Positions 39,114 to 40,844 of a stretch of 40,844 bases of DNA are shown piece by piece; the first letter of the stretch is position 1; every line of letters begins with the position of its first letter. Both the position numbers and the translations under genes were made by a program. The DNA is from a virus: positions 1-40,844 of the IMG/VR virus record IMGVR_UViG_3300021399_000260. One strand, 5' to 3'. The notes under the pieces are model-generated. The model was not told the DNA's origin, ran no database searches, and worked only from the letters and a program-made list of their open reading frames with translations.

Positions 39114-40181
39114 ATGGCTTTTACATATACAAAAAGAAAAGATGGTAGGTTAATGAAAAGAGTTAGTGTTGGAGGTAACCTAATTACTTTATACTCTGAC
39201 AATCCACGTGATCTGGAAAGACAATATATCGAGCAAAAACATTTATCTAATATAGGTGTAGTTGTAACAGATGAAAACATAACAGTTTCTACATGGGCTG
39301 ATAAATGGCTTATTACATACAAAAAAGATGTTGCAAAGGCAACTTACAAAATGTATAAGAGTATTATACGATTATACATAAAACCATATATAGGAAATAT
39401 TAAACTGAAAAAATTAAAACAAAGCGACATTATATATCTCATAAACAAACTAGATGAAAAAGGGCTAACCAAGGCAAAGAATAACACTTTAATGACAATA
39501 AAAGCCATCTTAAACAAGGCTATTGAGAATGATTATATATACAGAAATGTTGCAAGTGGAGTTACTATAAAAAGGCACAAATCTCCAGAAAAGAAACCTT
39601 TAGATGATACGACTATTAATTTAATTAAAAAGTTAGCCGAGAGTGATGACGATGTTTTTATGGCATTATTCTTAATCTACACTGGTCTTCGCCGTGGTGA
39701 AGTAATACCTTTAACATATAAAGATATTAACATTAGGGAAAAATATATTAATGTTGACAAGGCAGTTTTTATTAATACGAACCAACCTGAGCTAAAAGAT
39801 GTAAAAAACCATGAAGCAAGAAAAGTGCCAATCTTTAATATCATTCTGACCACATTAAAGAAAATGAAAAAGCAACATGCAGATGATGACTTTGTATTCC
39901 CTAATGCACGTAATAAAATGATGAGTCAAACTGCTATAAAAAGAAAACATGAAAGAATTATAAATAAACTTAATGCTGTATCTGAAGAACCAATACAATT
40001 TACACTACATCAACTACGACACACATTTGCTTGTATTTTATACAAAGCTGATATTGATGTTAAACAAGCTCAACAATGGACTGGTCACAAAGATTTAAGA
40101 ACTTTATTAGACATATATACACATTTAGATTCACAAGACAATCAAAAATCTATTGATAAAGTGAATCAATTTTTAGGCTAA
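39114..40181 (+). CDS. int: Tyrosine-family phage integrase (start MAFTYTKRKDG after GGAGG)
   Basis: R...HxxR...HxxR-like motifs: TGLRRGE, LHQLRHTFACILYKADID, QQWTGHKDLRTLLDIYTHL. Confidence 0.95.
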   Translation: MAFTYTKRKDGRLMKRVSVGGNLITLYSDNPRDLERQYIEQKHLSNIGVVVTDENITVSTWADKWLITYKKDVAKATYKMYKSIIRLYIKPYIGNIKLKKLKQSDIIYLINKLDEKGLTKAKNNTLMTIKAILNKAIENDYIYRNVASGVTIKRHKSPEKKPLDDTTINLIKKLAESDDDVFMALFLIYTGLRRGEVIPLTYKDINIREKYINVDKAVFINTNQPELKDVKNHEARKVPIFNIILTTLKKMKKQHADDDFVFPNARNKMMSQTAIKRKHERIINKLNAVSEEPIQFTLHQLRHTFACILYKADIDVKQAQQWTGHKDLRTLLDIYTHLDSQDNQKSIDKVNQFLG

Positions 40182-40205
40182 TTTTGACACACCTATTTGA
40201 CACAC
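40182..40205. repeat. Putative integrase arm-type sites, right end
   Basis: ttttgacacacctatttgacacac, matches 1685-1708. Confidence 0.55.
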
Positions 40206-40263
40206 TAAAATAGTTAAAAATGTTAAAAATGTTATAATATTGAATGAATATAAAAAAATAATA

Positions 40264-40295
40264 AAACAGCTAAACCTATTGATTTAGCTGTTTTT
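40264..40295 (+). terminator. Intrinsic terminator after integrase
   Basis: aaacagctaaa-cctattga-tttagctgttttt. Confidence 0.75.
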
Positions 40296-40298
40296 CGT

Positions 40299-40345
40299 TG
40301 GTGCCACCATGCAGAATCGAACTGCAGACCTACTGGTTACGAATC
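40299..40345. repeat. att repeat, right end
   Basis: Identical to 1579-1625, overlaps the tRNA 3' half. Confidence 0.93.
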
Positions 40346-40374
40346 AGTTGCTCTACCAACTGAGCTATAGTGGC
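40299..40374 (-). tRNA. tRNA-Thr(CGT), integration target, encoded CCA
   Basis: GCCACTATAGCTCAGTTGGTAGAGCAACTGATTCGTAACCAGTAGGTCTGCAGTTCGATTCTGCATGGTGGCACCA, canonical cloverleaf, anticodon CGT. Confidence 0.93.
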
Positions 40375-40415
40375 ATGTACGCTACTGCCACATACAGCAG
40401 TAGCGAATATTAACT

Positions 40416-40844
40416 CTAAAAATGTTTACCTTTTTTCTTTAGTTTCAAATCAGGAGTATAATCTTCATCATCTTGAATCTTATCAACTCCAACCTCATCA
40501 TTAACATCTTTAAAAACATTATAATCTGTTGGATTAATTATTTGTGATTTTACATTACTCTTTTCAACCATTTCATCATATTCGTTTTCGCTTTCCGCAT
40601 TACCATTAGCTTGGTCAATTGCATTTTTTAATGAATAATCATAATCATCAGATAATTCATCCGCATCATTTATATCGTCATCGTCTTCGTTTGATGTTCT
40701 TTTTAATAAAACGGCAATTATAATTATCAATATTACAAGTGCTGCCATAATACCACCTAAAATATAATAAATTTTGTTGTCATTATTTTTAGCACTGTTT
40801 TGAATTACTGCTATTGGATTACTTTGTGTCTTCTTAACTGCAAT
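40416..40844 (-). CDS. Host membrane protein, C-terminal part (runs off window)
   Basis: The frame stays open to the window edge (IAVKKTQSNPIAVIQNSAKNNDNKIYYILGGIMAALVILIIIIAVLL...), one TM then an acidic tail. Confidence 0.7.
   Translation of the reverse strand: MAVKKTQSNPIAVIQNSAKNNDNKIYYILGGIMAALVILIIIIAVLLKRTSNEDDDDINDADELSDDYDYSLKNAIDQANGNAESENEYDEMVEKSNVKSQIINPTDYNVFKDVNDEVGVDKIQDDEDYTPDLKLKKKGKHF

Larger units (their letters stand above)
1579..40345. mobile_element. Integrated prophage, likely short-tailed (podovirus-like)
   Basis: 47-bp direct repeats at both ends, one within a tRNA gene. Integrase, repressor, terminase, portal, coat and lysis genes lie between them. Confidence 0.9.

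Noticed and set aside
1-40844. CRISPR array, diversity-generating retroelement or reverse transcriptase
   Set aside because: No regularly spaced repeat-spacer pattern and no RT motifs seen.

Overview
The window holds a complete-looking integrated prophage (about 38.7 kb) of a low-GC Firmicutes-like host. It is bounded by a 47-bp direct repeat (1579-1625 and 40299-40345) that is the 3' part of an intact tRNA-Thr(CGT) gene at the right end. The minus-strand modules are replication/early genes, terminase, portal, scaffold, coat, connector, a 2942-aa polyvalent virion protein, fibre-like proteins, holin/lysin and a DUF2829 (Tad2-like) protein. A CI/Cro-like switch and a tyrosine integrase are at the right end. 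No tape-measure or sheath gene was seen, so the phage is probably short-tailed. The most striking observation is that four conserved-looking minus-strand genes (five sites) are broken by exactly one extra nucleotide. In all five cases the break is at an in-frame CGG codon, and skipping its C (NNN C GGN, next codon always Gly) restores the expected protein. My manual scan of the minus-strand coding regions found no other in-frame CGG. One site is in a gene outside the prophage, so the trait would belong to the host. This suggests efficient +1 frameshifting (or quadruplet CGGN decoding as Gly) at CGG, and has not been excluded as an assembly artefact. A second unusual region is the ~1.45 kb non-coding stretch at 27670-29118, which carries atypical tRNA-like genes. 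One of these has an 8-nt anticodon loop.
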